A stretch of DNA of 59,694 nucleotides from a virus (taxonomy: Duplodnaviria > Caudoviricetes). Below the pieces are notes generated by a model that did not search any database, was not told where the DNA came from, and saw nothing but the letters and a program-made list of their open reading frames with translations. Both the position numbers and the translations under genes were made by a program. Below are positions 13,487 through 23,106 of the stretch, in pieces. The stretch covers positions 1 to 59,694 of IMG/VR virus record IMGVR_UViG_3300017991_000122; one strand, given 5' to 3'. The first letter of the stretch is position 1, and every line of letters begins with the position of its first letter.

Positions 13487-14161
13487 TCAGTCCTCGTCTT
13501 CTTCGTCGAGCGTCTGCCCGTGAATCGACTCGCGGAGCATGCCGTCGATCGTCAGGTATACGAGATGGGCTAGCTGAACTTTCTCGTCGGTGGTGAGCAG
13601 TTCCTTGGTGGCCGGCTCCTTCGGCTGGGGGTACGCGATGAAGCCAAGAAGGCTCACCTTGTCGATGGTCTGTTCGGCCACCTTCACCCGCTGCGCCTCG
13701 TTGCCTCCGACCGTACGGAAGAGCCCGTCGTCGGAGAAGGAGATAACCCGATTGACGTGGCGCCACCAGCTCGTGTCCGGCCTCGAGGGTATGGAGCGGT
13801 CGTAGATCGCAAGGTCTCCGGGGTTGGGACGCCAAACTCCCGAACGCACTTCCTTCACGTCGTGCCACTTGCCCGACCAGGGAGATTGCGGATCACGGAC
13901 GTCCGCGACCGCCTCGATGACTCCAGCTCGGTAGCCGTGCGGTGCCTTCTCGTGCGGGAAGAGGGCCTGCTGCATGCACCAACTCGAGAAAGCCATGCAC
14001 CAGTTCGAAGCCGTCAGGTGCAGGAGGGTGTTGCGGTCGCCCCGTACGCAGGGTGCCAGGTACTCCTTCACCCGCTTCCCGGAGTTTGAACCGGGCGGGT
14101 CCTCGAGCACCCCGACCTCGTTCATCGCGACGTCGAGGGCTCGTTCACCGATGGACCTCAC
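13487..14161 (-). CDS. CHAP-domain peptidoglycan hydrolase (endolysin-like)
   Basis: EVGVLEDPPGSNSG..NWCMAFSSWC..PGDLAIY..RHV..TVGGN. Confidence 0.85.
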   Translation of the reverse strand: MRSIGERALDVAMNEVGVLEDPPGSNSGKRVKEYLAPCVRGDRNTLLHLTASNWCMAFSSWCMQQALFPHEKAPHGYRAGVIEAVADVRDPQSPWSGKWHDVKEVRSGVWRPNPGDLAIYDRSIPSRPDTSWWRHVNRVISFSDDGLFRTVGGNEAQRVKVAEQTIDKVSLLGFIAYPQPKEPATKELLTTDEKVQLAHLVYLTIDGMLRESIHGQTLDEEDED

Positions 14162-14751
14162 GCCTGCCTCGCGAGCTCGCGCACGGCGTGCACGATGGTG
14201 CTCCACGCTTCGGCCGGGTGGTGACAGTCGTCTGCTCGAACGTCCATGGGAGCCTCCGTGTTGTACGGCCACGTGATGCCCATCGTCGTCGCACCGGGCC
14301 ATGCTCCCTTGTACGCGGCCAGCTTGTCCGGCGAGTCGTCGATGAACACGTCACCCCTGACCATGTGCTTCGCCGGGGTGAAGATCAAGTGCTTGTGGTC
14401 GATGAACGGAGCGTGCCTCTCGAGCCACGTCATCTTGCCGTTCACGGCCTCCTTCGAGCGGCCCATGGAGCTCAGGATGAAGATGCGGTGCCCGTCGCCG
14501 CGAAGCTGGGCTAGTCCCTCGACGCCTCCCTCGAGCGGCTCGAGCTGTTCGAACCACCCCGGCATGTTGATGTACTTGTAGATGTCACGCCCGATCGGCG
14601 TGAGCTTATGCATCGCGTGCTGGGTGATGTCAGCAATGCTGAGCTCTTCCTCGTCGCACTCCGCGTAGTCGGCGTTGTAGCAGGCGAGCCACGGCTTGAT
14701 CAGGTTGCACAGGATGCCGTCCATGTCGCAGAGGATGTCCAAGGTCTTCAT
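14158..14751 (-). CDS. 5'(3')-deoxyribonucleotidase (HAD, NT5C family)
   Basis: DMDGIL...KHMVRGDVFIDDSP. Confidence 0.9.
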   Translation of the reverse strand: MKTLDILCDMDGILCNLIKPWLACYNADYAECDEEELSIADITQHAMHKLTPIGRDIYKYINMPGWFEQLEPLEGGVEGLAQLRGDGHRIFILSSMGRSKEAVNGKMTWLERHAPFIDHKHLIFTPAKHMVRGDVFIDDSPDKLAAYKGAWPGATTMGITWPYNTEAPMDVRADDCHHPAEAWSTIVHAVRELARQA

Positions 14752-15386
14752 CAGTACTCCAATTGCCTTTCAGCGAGAGGCGTCAGATCAAGTAGCTCAA
14801 CAGTACCACGACTGACGGGGTTGCCAGCCTCCCAAACCATCCAAGCATACTCGATGCTGTCGGTGCCGCCGCCCTTCGCGAAGGAGGGTCGGTTCGGGAG
14901 GATGAAGGTGTGGTTCGGGGCTCGTTTCGAAAGCAGTTCGTGCCGCTTCCTCGCGCCCCAGTAGTTCAGGCGAAGCAGCATGACGACGAGGTCGGCGAGC
15001 TCGAGCTGTGCCAGCAAGAATTCGGTCGCGATGCTGAAGGGAGGGTTCGTGATGGACAGGTCGTAGGGCCGGAAACCGGAGCCAGGCATGAGCGCGATGT
15101 CGGGAGTCCAGTGCAGGAAGTCCTCGGGGATGTACAACGACGAGATGTTCGGGATGAGGTTCAAGTTGATCTTGCACATCTTCCGAATCTCGACGGCCGT
15201 CCAGGTGAGCCCGCTGTACCTGTCGTTCACCGCTTCGATGATGCGTCCCTCGCCGGCTGCCGGTTCCAAACAACGGCAACGGGGCAGCGCTAGCGGGTAC
15301 CGCTCGAGCAGGCGCCTGACGGCCCACTTGGGCGTGTTGTAGGCGTCCGCTTCGCTTCGTTGTCCACCTCTGTTCGTCGAGCTCAT
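14751..15386 (-). CDS. DNA N6-adenine (amino) methyltransferase
   Basis: YNTP, LEPAAGEG, ITNPPFS. Confidence 0.85.
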   Translation of the reverse strand: MSSTNRGGQRSEADAYNTPKWAVRRLLERYPLALPRCRCLEPAAGEGRIIEAVNDRYSGLTWTAVEIRKMCKINLNLIPNISSLYIPEDFLHWTPDIALMPGSGFRPYDLSITNPPFSIATEFLLAQLELADLVVMLLRLNYWGARKRHELLSKRAPNHTFILPNRPSFAKGGGTDSIEYAWMVWEAGNPVSRGTVELLDLTPLAERQLEY

Positions 15387-15826
15387 TCAGCCTCCAAATC
15401 GAAGTCGATGAGCAAGGCAGCGATGAGCTCCTCGCTCCGGGCCTCGTCGAACTGGGCGATGTGGGCCTCGTCCGGAGTAAGCCCTAGACGGTTCTGCATC
15501 CACTCGTAAGCCGACCCACGGCTCATCTGGGCATCTTCCCCCTTCCAGAGCCTGTCGAAGACGCTGTGGGCCCTCTGACGGGCGCTACGGTCCTCTTTCT
15601 TGCTGGGTCTACCGTCCGGAGTGCCGTCCTTCTTGGCGGGGATGATGCCGTCGCAGTTCGGCCAGCGCTTGCACCCGTAGAACCAGCGTCCGGTCTTCTC
15701 GGAGAAGCGGAGCCGCATCTCCGAGCCGCAGTCAGCCTCGGGGCAGATGACGCGTTGTTCGTCGGGGGTGCCCTTCGGTCCGCTCCACGTCTCGTTCGGG
15801 GGATGGACCCACGCGGGCAGCTTCAC
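15383..15826 (-). CDS. Topoisomerase-type C4 zinc finger plus DUF3268-like domain
   Basis: CPEADCG..FYGCKRWPNC; RAHSVFDRLW..SRGSAYEWM..AHIAQF. Confidence 0.75.
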   Translation of the reverse strand: MKLPAWVHPPNETWSGPKGTPDEQRVICPEADCGSEMRLRFSEKTGRWFYGCKRWPNCDGIIPAKKDGTPDGRPSKKEDRSARQRAHSVFDRLWKGEDAQMSRGSAYEWMQNRLGLTPDEAHIAQFDEARSEELIAALLIDFDLEAE

Positions 15827-16029
15827 ATTCCCGGAAGTAGGAGGTGCCTTCGGGGATTGGCCTTGAACCGATCCTCCTCCTCGGGCTCCACCCACACCTT
15901 TTCGGGTACCTCGACCCATTCGTCGTCCTCCTGCACGAAAACCTCGTAGCGGCGCTCCACCCACCGGAGCCCGGAGCACTTGATCTTCTGCTCGCGGAGC
16001 CACGCGGTGAGCGTCAATCCACGCTTCAT
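15823..16029 (-). CDS. Hypothetical protein (leaderless)
   Basis: ATG 6 nt after the -10 box. Confidence 0.7.
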   Translation of the reverse strand: MKRGLTLTAWLREQKIKCSGLRWVERRYEVFVQEDDEWVEVPEKVWVEPEEEDRFKANPRRHLLLPGM

Positions 16030-16035
16030 GGGGTC

Positions 16036-16063
16036 AGTATAACAGGTGGAGACGGATTGTCAA
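16036..16063 (-). promoter_or_regulatory. Sigma70-type promoter
   Basis: TTGACA-16-TATACT with TG extension. Confidence 0.8.
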
Positions 16064-16073
16064 GAGGGATCGG

Positions 16074-16685
16074 TCAGAGAGCGTTCGTCTCTTCCATCAG
16101 GGCGTTGATGAGGCAATCCATGCAGGGGCGCGACTCGTTGGCGCTGCCGTACATCTTGCTCAGGCGCTTGGTCTTCTTGCCGCTGCGCTTGCCCTTGCCG
16201 CTCTTGCTCCACTTCTTCTTGAGCCGCTGCTGCCGGGACTTCTGCGTACCGGTGACCTTCTTGCACTTGCCGTCGACCTGATGGTAGCCGTCAGGGCACG
16301 TCTTGCTCGTCTTCTTGGAGCCTTTGCCCGCCTTCCGACGCTTCGTGCGCTGCGCGGTCGCCTCGTCCAGGTCTTCCTTCACCCGCATGTAGTCGGGGTA
16401 CATCGAGTAGTACTGACTGCTCTTCCACGCCTGCTTGAACGCCTTCACGGCCGCGAACTCGGTCCCGGTCGAGGTCTTCACGGCGCCCTTGAGCAGTTTC
16501 GACGAGATGAGCCCATTGGGGGAGAGCGAGATCTGCCACAGGTGCTTGCCCGCTTGGACCCTGGCAACGATGTTCGGCTTGCTCACCGAGAAGTTGTCAG
16601 GCTTGAGGTTCTTGACGGTAGCCGTCACCGCTTCCTCGAGCTCGAAAACCTCCCGCAGTTCCTCCAGTACCTTCAACGCTCCCAT
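16074..16685 (-). CDS. Lys-rich basic protein (putative head-internal)
   Basis: SD AGGAG; K/R-rich C-terminal half. Confidence 0.75.
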   Translation of the reverse strand: MGALKVLEELREVFELEEAVTATVKNLKPDNFSVSKPNIVARVQAGKHLWQISLSPNGLISSKLLKGAVKTSTGTEFAAVKAFKQAWKSSQYYSMYPDYMRVKEDLDEATAQRTKRRKAGKGSKKTSKTCPDGYHQVDGKCKKVTGTQKSRQQRLKKKWSKSGKGKRSGKKTKRLSKMYGSANESRPCMDCLINALMEETNAL

Positions 16686-16694
16686 GACGTGCTC

Positions 16695-17105
16695 CTACGG
16701 GGCCGCAGACGCGGCAGGCTGGTCGTCGGCCTTCTGGACGAGTTGTCCTTCGTTCGTCACGAAGCCGATGATGTCGTTGTTGTTGATCCAACCGACGAAG
16801 GTCTTGTCGGACCCGAGCTTCCGGAGCCACGCGAAGTGCAAGCGCTGGAAGCAAACGCGGTCGCCGACCTTGACGGTCTTCGTGCGCGGGCCCACGGCGA
16901 CGACGGTGCCCGTCTTGATCTGTTGGTGGGGCATCCCCGAATGAAAGTTGTCGAGCTTCGGGGGCAGGATGATGCCGCTCGGCAGGATGCTCTCGTGCGG
17001 GTCGGTCCGAACGAGCGTCAGGAAGCGTAGCGGGCGCAGCTTGTGCCCCAGTTCGTCCCACGTCTGTTGAACTCTCTCCATCCACGTCTGTTGAACTTGA
17101 TCCAC
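16695..17105 (-). CDS. groES: Co-chaperonin GroES-like (T4 gp31-type)
   Basis: LRPLR..SGIILP..GTVVAVGP..VKVGDRV. Confidence 0.85.
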   Translation of the reverse strand: MDQVQQTWMERVQQTWDELGHKLRPLRFLTLVRTDPHESILPSGIILPPKLDNFHSGMPHQQIKTGTVVAVGPRTKTVKVGDRVCFQRLHFAWLRKLGSDKTFVGWINNNDIIGFVTNEGQLVQKADDQPAASAAP

Positions 17106-17134
17106 TAGATCACCTCACGTCTTGAAAAACCTAG

Positions 17135-17665
17135 TTACTTCGAAAGGCTACCCATCTTCGCGGCTAGCTGCATGACGGCCTTCGACTCAGCGCCTTGGCC
17201 CTTGACCGTGTTGATGAGGCCAGACACCGTCGTGAGCAAATCGGCCAAGTACCCTGCCGCCTGTTCGATCGACTTCGCACCCTTCGCCATTTGTTTGGTT
17301 ACTGTGGTGAGTCTCCCAAGCAGGTATTTCAAGTAAGCAGGGTCGTGTCCCTTGGGGAAGTCGCCCTTTGACGCAACGCCATAAACCGCCGCCCCTGCGG
17401 AGTCTGCTGCTTTTTGCAAACCAGAAGAGACGGACTTCGCCCCCATCACGAACGTGATGTTCATAGCGCACAACAGAGCGCCCCAAGAAGCATTCAGGAC
17501 TGCGCGGGGCGTTACCTTCTTGGACCTCAGATACGAGGGCATCATGCTGCCCATCTGAGACTTCATCGACTTGTTGACGTCGTCCAAGCCCTTGCCCTCG
17601 ACGATTGCGTCACGCTCGAGCGTCTCCCGCATTTCGACGAGGATCTGATTCATCTGACGATTCAT
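17135..17665 (-). CDS. Hypothetical protein
   Basis: SD AGGAG, then MNRQMNQILVEMRE. Confidence 0.75.
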   Translation of the reverse strand: MNRQMNQILVEMRETLERDAIVEGKGLDDVNKSMKSQMGSMMPSYLRSKKVTPRAVLNASWGALLCAMNITFVMGAKSVSSGLQKAADSAGAAVYGVASKGDFPKGHDPAYLKYLLGRLTTVTKQMAKGAKSIEQAAGYLADLLTTVSGLINTVKGQGAESKAVMQLAAKMGSLSK

Positions 17666-17687
17666 GACAGACTCCTGAAGGCTGAGG

Positions 17688-18092
17688 TCACTTGCCAAGC
17701 ATCGTCGCGCCGAACTCGGCCATCGCGCGGAAGGCGTTGCCTTGCTGAAGGCGGGCCTTCTTCATCTCCATGCGGGCCATCTTGAGCGCGCGGTTCTGCT
17801 TGCCGTCCATCTCGGCCTCGTTGACGAAGGACATCTCGCCGAGCATCTCGTCGCACTTCTCGGCCATGGCCTTGAGGCTCTGCTCGTGCTTGCGGTACAT
17901 GTCCCAGTGCTTCGACGCGCCGGCACCGGTCGTGTCCGGTGGGTCCTCGTCGGTGACGGGCGGCGTGGCTGCGAGATCCTGGTCGTCCTCGGGGCTGTCA
18001 GGATGCGTCGTCTCGGCCTCGTCCAGGCGGAAGTCGTAGCGGGGCGACAGTCCTGCCAGGCGCTTTTGCTCTTCGAGTGTGGAACGGTCCAT
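17688..18092 (-). CDS. Hypothetical protein
   Basis: SD AGGAG, then MDRSTLEEQKRLAGL. Confidence 0.75.
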   Translation of the reverse strand: MDRSTLEEQKRLAGLSPRYDFRLDEAETTHPDSPEDDQDLAATPPVTDEDPPDTTGAGASKHWDMYRKHEQSLKAMAEKCDEMLGEMSFVNEAEMDGKQNRALKMARMEMKKARLQQGNAFRAMAEFGATMLGK

Positions 18093-18110
18093 GTTGCTCT
18101 CCTTGATCGG

Positions 18111-18362
18111 TCAAACCTTCATATCGATGATGACGCGGACACGTTCTCCGAAACGGACCGCCTGTACCCGAAACTTTATCTCATCGGAGATCGAAGCGAC
18201 AGTCTTGTCGTCAAAGCCCTTGAGCACGAGGTGCCCGGTGAACTTCTTGGTGGCGACTCTCTCCTGAAGCTCGCCGCTGTCCTCTTCCTGCTCTCCTTCC
18301 TGCGCGAGGAAGTCCTGCAAGATGGCAGCCGCCGAGCTTTCGTCAACTTCGAACTCAGCCAC
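18111..18362 (-). CDS. Hypothetical protein
   Basis: Coupled ORF, coding-like codon use. Confidence 0.65.
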   Translation of the reverse strand: MAEFEVDESSAAAILQDFLAQEGEQEEDSGELQERVATKKFTGHLVLKGFDDKTVASISDEIKFRVQAVRFGERVRVIIDMKV

Positions 18363-19617
18363 GAGCGTCTCCCATCGCGGAGTCGTCGTCCACAGCGACG
18401 ATCAACCCCTCGTCCGGAGTGAACTTCGACCTGGGCATCTCGTCGCTCTCGGGCGGGATGTTCTTGGTGAGCTCCTTGAAGTCCACCGTCAGGTCCGGAG
18501 CGTCCTTCGGCCCCTCGAGCAACGAAGAGACACACGCGAGGGTGGACTCGACGCTGCTCTTCTGCTGCTTCCTGCGCCCCCCGCTTCCGTGCCGTGACCG
18601 GAAGTCGTCCATGAAGTCCTCGTCGTGCGTGTAGTCGCCCACAGCGTCACGCGACCAGACGAGCTTCGGCTTCTTGTCGGGGTTGTCGCGGTTGTTGAAG
18701 AGCATCGCGGAGTCGGCCGCGTGCGCGAGCTGCTCGAAGTTGCCTGGGATGTCGCGGTAGGCCGAGCCGAAAACATGATCCGGCACCCACCGTCCCGACT
18801 CCTCGCCCCGTTTCTTGGCTCGAGCTCGAGCAGTGTCGACGTCCAGGTCGGGCATCATCAGGTGGACGTGGTAGCCCTGGTCCTGCATCTGCCTCATCCG
18901 GTGCATGTAGGAGCCCGCGTAGCGACCGGTCCCGTCGAGCAGGACGTTCTTGCGCTGCTTGAGGGCGAGGTCACGGAGTTTGGAAGCGAGGTAGCCGCTC
19001 TCCTCGTGGGCGAGCGACGCGGCATCCCTGTCTCCCGCCGCGACGGCTTCCTGGTACTCGGGCAGGAGTTCCTTGATCCGGTCCGCGTCGACCGAGACGA
19101 AGTCGGTAGGGTCGAACATCCCGGTGAGCTGGCCTTTGCCTGACGCCGGCCCTCCCATCATGAGCACGGCCGAAGGCTGCTTGCCCTCGGGCACCGGCTG
19201 GGTCTGGTCGAGGAACTGGGAAAGGATCTTGCGGTGCAGCTTGCGACGCTCGGGGGTGTACCGCCCCGTCTTCCGATCGAAGTGCTGCTCCTTGGTCGTC
19301 TTCTTCCTCGGCTTGGGAGTGTGCCAGTGACCGCCGGGCTGCGGCACCGCAAACTCCCCTACCTTCGGCGGGGCTTCGCCTTTCATCGGGAGCTTCGTCT
19401 GGAAGTACTTCCCTCCCTTGGAGCTCTTGTGCTTCTTGGAGCTCTTGCTCTTGTCGAGCTCGGAGGGAGGCTTCGCTCCCCCGCCCTTGACCGGCTCCCA
19501 CTTGTCCTTGGCGACCTTCTGGTAGGTCTTGCCGTCCGCACGCTTGGACTTGTCGCCGATCTCGGCCGGCTTGCCGTCCACGATGCTCCGGAGCTCTTCG
19601 ATCAACAACGGAAGCAC
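18355..19617 (-). CDS. Zeta-toxin-family P-loop kinase with basic N-terminal extension
   Basis: GGPASGKG, VDADRIKELLPEY, HEES, LLDGTG, RGEESGRWVP. Confidence 0.85.
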   Translation of the reverse strand: MLPLLIEELRSIVDGKPAEIGDKSKRADGKTYQKVAKDKWEPVKGGGAKPPSELDKSKSSKKHKSSKGGKYFQTKLPMKGEAPPKVGEFAVPQPGGHWHTPKPRKKTTKEQHFDRKTGRYTPERRKLHRKILSQFLDQTQPVPEGKQPSAVLMMGGPASGKGQLTGMFDPTDFVSVDADRIKELLPEYQEAVAAGDRDAASLAHEESGYLASKLRDLALKQRKNVLLDGTGRYAGSYMHRMRQMQDQGYHVHLMMPDLDVDTARARAKKRGEESGRWVPDHVFGSAYRDIPGNFEQLAHAADSAMLFNNRDNPDKKPKLVWSRDAVGDYTHDEDFMDDFRSRHGSGGRRKQQKSSVESTLACVSSLLEGPKDAPDLTVDFKELTKNIPPESDEMPRSKFTPDEGLIVAVDDDSAMGDARG

Positions 19618-19626
19618 GGCTACCTC

Positions 19627-20118
19627 CTACCAGGCTTCGACTTCGAACACGGGGGTGCCGACACCACCGGCAGCTCGGACGGCAATCCCAGCTTCGTGAC
19701 GATCGTAGTAGATCTCGGTCGTGCCGTCCTTCACCCGCCCGTGCACGTTGGTGCCGTCGAACGAGAATTCGATGTCGCCGCCCGAGACGGAGGTGATCCG
19801 AATCCCCTGACTCCACAGCATGGGGTGGGGCGAGGCTTCCTGCGTGTTCGGTGAGTCGTCGTGCGTGCGGGGTGCGGCGTCCTCTGGGATCTGCCTCCCG
19901 CCCATCGGAGAACCACCGGCCTCGAGCGTGCCGTCGTGCACGGGGTCGGTGCTACCGGGTCTCACGTACGGAGTCGGCTTGAAGGTGTTCGCGCTCGCCT
20001 GGTCCCCGAACAGGTACGCATGCCCGTCGAAAACAGCCGTGCTGGTGCCGCGAACGAAGAACCGGATGGAACGCAGGCTCGATGCCGGTCGTGGGGGCCA
20101 ACCAGTCGGAAACGCCAT
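19627..20118 (-). CDS. Hypothetical, probably virion protein
   Basis: SD; beta-rich C-terminus. Confidence 0.7.
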   Translation of the reverse strand: MAFPTGWPPRPASSLRSIRFFVRGTSTAVFDGHAYLFGDQASANTFKPTPYVRPGSTDPVHDGTLEAGGSPMGGRQIPEDAAPRTHDDSPNTQEASPHPMLWSQGIRITSVSGGDIEFSFDGTNVHGRVKDGTTEIYYDRHEAGIAVRAAGGVGTPVFEVEAW

Positions 20119-20119
20119 C

Positions 20120-20329
20120 TCACTTCACCTCCGGACCGGTACTCTTGATGTACTGATCCACTGCCTTCGTCAACAAGTCAGGCACGGTCATACCACGTGC
20201 CGCTGCCGCGTCGGCCAGCTTCTTGAATGCGTGCATCGGAACCGAGAGCAAAACCATCTCGGTGAACATGCGCGAGACGTCCTCGGGACTCAACTCGCTG
20301 GCATCTTCTCTCGATGTGGGTCTCGCCAT
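20120..20329 (-). CDS. Small ribbon-helix-helix-like protein
   Basis: LSVPMHAFKKLADAAAARGMTVPDLLTKAVDQYI. Confidence 0.65.
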   Translation of the reverse strand: MARPTSREDASELSPEDVSRMFTEMVLLSVPMHAFKKLADAAAARGMTVPDLLTKAVDQYIKSTGPEVK

Positions 20330-20499
20330 CGCTTCCTCGTCCTTTTCCGAGGCTCGAATGGCCTCATCTGCACACCTACTCTACCAGGCTCGGGACCGGG
20401 ATACGAGTGCGCGCCTCCGAAGCCTCCGAAGGGCAGGAACGAGGAACCCGCGTGCACTTCCTCGCGGAGCTTCTCGATGAGCCGCGCTAGACGGTTCAC
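20290..20499 (-). CDS. Hypothetical protein
   Basis: GTGA coupling; MNRLARLIEKLREE. Confidence 0.55.
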   Translation of the reverse strand: MNRLARLIEKLREEVHAGSSFLPFGGFGGAHSYPGPEPGRVGVQMRPFEPRKRTRKRWRDPHREKMPAS

Positions 20500-21377
20500 G
20501 GCGCGCCTCGAGGAGAACCGGGGACAGTCCGCGTCCCCTTCATGCCGGCAACCCCCCGCACGTTCGGGGTCTTCGGCGGCTCGGGAACGATCTCCTTGCG
20601 GGTCACGAGCCAGTAGAGCGCGAGGTCGAGCAGGGAGTAGTCCTCGGGGGTCAGGTCGAAGGGTGAAACTTCCGCTGCTTCGACTGCCTGGTTGAACACT
20701 CCCCGGATGTCTTCGATGGGTTGCTCCGTCTCGCCGATGATCTGGATGGCGCAGGCGTAGACGCGTTCGGCCGCCTTCGTCCGGAAGGGGAAGCTGGCGT
20801 CGTCCACGTTCCTGATCTTCACCCGGAGCTCGTGAGGGATGACCATGTAGCCGCCGTAGGGCTTGCCCGAAAACTCCCCGAGCACTTTCCGGAGCTCCTC
20901 GAGCGCGGGGTTCTCGAGCTCGGAACTCTCGCTCACCGTGAGCTTCTCGATGTAGCGCCAGCCGTCACCGATCTCCCGGTCCGACAGTCCTAGTCTCGAG
21001 GCGGCGACTCGCCACTCCTCGTAGTCGAGGGGAGGCACGTGACCGGTCGCGAGCAAGTCCTTGGCCCACGTCTGTGCGACGGCTCGGACGTTCGGGGGCA
21101 CCACACGACCGCTGCCGAGACTGTCGCCGCCGTGCTTGGAGAGCCCCCGCAAGCCCTCAGAACGGCCCTTCTTGCCCTTGGCCTTGCAAGAGGGGCAAGG
21201 ACTCGCGGCAGCCGCCAAAGACGCCACGGAGGGCGGGTTCTCGGGGAAGGCGGGCCACGTGTACTGCCGGGGCTCCCGGCAAGCCTGCGTGGCATCGGCC
21301 ATCGACATGCCCTTGTCCAGGTTCCGACGCACGCAGTTGCGTACGGCCGACGTCACGTTGAGTAGAGGATCAGCCAT
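20496..21377 (-). CDS. Hypothetical protein
   Basis: Long coupled ORF. Confidence 0.75.
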   Translation of the reverse strand: MADPLLNVTSAVRNCVRRNLDKGMSMADATQACREPRQYTWPAFPENPPSVASLAAAASPCPSCKAKGKKGRSEGLRGLSKHGGDSLGSGRVVPPNVRAVAQTWAKDLLATGHVPPLDYEEWRVAASRLGLSDREIGDGWRYIEKLTVSESSELENPALEELRKVLGEFSGKPYGGYMVIPHELRVKIRNVDDASFPFRTKAAERVYACAIQIIGETEQPIEDIRGVFNQAVEAAEVSPFDLTPEDYSLLDLALYWLVTRKEIVPEPPKTPNVRGVAGMKGTRTVPGSPRGAP

Positions 21378-22156
21378 TAGAGCCCGTCGTCGCCTTGGCC
21401 TTGCTCGGCTGCCACGGCGTCCGTGGTCTTGGCCTTGCCCGGCTCGACCGTGAGGTTGTAGCCATAGGTGTACGTGCCGCCCTTGACGTACTCGTTCATC
21501 TGGTCGGCTTCAGGGAAGACGACGGAGCCGGTCTCCGCGTACTGCGCGGACTGCTCGAAAGCCAGCGACACCGAAGCAATGCGGGGAAGCCCCGAGGGGA
21601 AGAACGCTTCGTAGGCGATGTCACACTGGGTCATGATGCAATGGATCTCGTCCACCTGATCGTTGCGGGAAGCCCCTAAACCGCCCGCTGCTCCCAGTCC
21701 TCCGTTCGGGAAGATGAGCATCATCTGCCGGGGAGCTTGGGCCACGGGCACGCCAATGGGGGACTCCACCGTATAGCGGGGGAGCATGAACGCCCGGAGC
21801 CACGTCACCGCAGCTCGGATGTCCACGTTGCGGTGCCCCTGCGACGCCTGCTTGAGACGGTCGAACAGTTCGCTGCCGCCCGTGGCGAGGTCCATGTCCG
21901 TCGTGAACCAAGCCGTGAAGGAAAGCGCTCGAGCTCCCGAGCTCACCCACTGGTAGATCGGGAGTGAGCCGCCTGGGATGTCACGAGGGTTCCAGTTGAC
22001 GGCTTTCGTGTCTTGGATCGTCTCGGGGAAGTATTGGAAGCGGAGGTTCTGGCCGGTGGGGGTGCCATCCTCTCCCAGTTCCATGATGTACGCGGAAGAC
22101 TTGCGCTCGTCGATCTTCGAAACGAGCGAGCTTTGGAGACCGAGGAGGCTGACCAT
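21377..22156 (-). CDS. Contractile-injection-system tube-initiator-like baseplate protein
   Basis: FQYFPETIQDTKAVNW..IPGGSLPIYQWVSSGARALSF..GLPRIASVSLAF. Confidence 0.75.
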   Translation of the reverse strand: MVSLLGLQSSLVSKIDERKSSAYIMELGEDGTPTGQNLRFQYFPETIQDTKAVNWNPRDIPGGSLPIYQWVSSGARALSFTAWFTTDMDLATGGSELFDRLKQASQGHRNVDIRAAVTWLRAFMLPRYTVESPIGVPVAQAPRQMMLIFPNGGLGAAGGLGASRNDQVDEIHCIMTQCDIAYEAFFPSGLPRIASVSLAFEQSAQYAETGSVVFPEADQMNEYVKGGTYTYGYNLTVEPGKAKTTDAVAAEQGQGDDGL

Positions 22157-22166
22157 GAGAAGAGTC

Positions 22167-22194
22167 TACCTCACGTGAGAAGTAGCCTCAACCA
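22167..22194 (-). promoter_or_regulatory. Repeated upstream motif, copy 1
   Basis: TGGTTGAGGCTACTTCTCACGTGAGGTA; 25/28 identical to 50768-50795. Confidence 0.6.
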
Positions 22195-22709
22195 CCGCCC
22201 TGCTTGGCGCGCCAAGCCTTGTACTCCTTGTTGTACGCCTTCTTGTACCCCTTATCGATGAAGACCTTCTTCTTCTGGCCGTCCTTGCTCGTGCAAGTGC
22301 AGTTGTAGCCAGAGCAGGAACACGTCCACTTGCTAGCCTTGTCGTTCTCGCCTTCGCGAGGACCGGGGCCGAGGTGGGCCTTGTTCTTGAAGGGGTAGTG
22401 CTTCGAAGCCTCGGCGATAGGAGTCTCGTCTGCCTCGCCGATCAATTTGCGGAGCTGTTGGATGGTCGTCGAGGGAGTAGACATGGGGGTCACCTGGTCT
22501 TGGGAGAAGAAGTGCCCGAGAGGAACCCACCCCGCGTCGAGGGTGTGCATCTCGAGTTGTTGGAGGCGCTTGTCCAGACCGCTGACTGCCTCTTCGCGCG
22601 GAAGGAGTTTTCCACCGTCCTCCCACCCGATGACGACCTTCGACGCGTCCCACGAGAGAATGCGTCCAGTCGTGCCGGTCAGATCCCGAACCGCTGCACC
22701 GTTGAACAT
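22188..22709 (-). CDS. Hypothetical protein, Cys/Lys-rich C-terminus
   Basis: WTCSCSGYNCTC. Confidence 0.7.
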   Translation of the reverse strand: MFNGAAVRDLTGTTGRILSWDASKVVIGWEDGGKLLPREEAVSGLDKRLQQLEMHTLDAGWVPLGHFFSQDQVTPMSTPSTTIQQLRKLIGEADETPIAEASKHYPFKNKAHLGPGPREGENDKASKWTCSCSGYNCTCTSKDGQKKKVFIDKGYKKAYNKEYKAWRAKQGGG

Positions 22710-23089
22710 CACGCCATCGCCTCCGGAACTCCGGGCTGGGGCTTGCCGCGCGCCTCGAGCACGACTCGGGAGCCCCAGTCCACGTGCTCGACCCGATATA
22801 TCTCGATGAGCCTCTCGGGGAAGGTGGGGTCCTTCTTGAGGACCCACGCGATGCGGTTCGTCCTGTCGTTGTTCCAGAGGAAAAACGTGATCGGTTTCCC
22901 GCTCTGGCTCCCCCTGACGATGCCGATGTACTGGCCGACACGCAGAGCCCTGAGCTGGATGAGGTCACGCCGCGCCCGCTCAGGAGCGAACTTCTTGAGC
23001 AGACTGGGGATGTCGAAGACCGCCTCGTCTCCCTCGGAGATGACACGGTCCTCGCGCACCCTGCACGACTTGAAGACGAACTTAGGCAC
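22709..23089 (-). CDS. Hypothetical protein
   Basis: SD AGGAGG; coupled. Confidence 0.7.
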   Translation of the reverse strand: MPKFVFKSCRVREDRVISEGDEAVFDIPSLLKKFAPERARRDLIQLRALRVGQYIGIVRGSQSGKPITFFLWNNDRTNRIAWVLKKDPTFPERLIEIYRVEHVDWGSRVVLEARGKPQPGVPEAMA

Positions 23090-23106
23090 CGGCCCCTCCT
23101 ACGAGG

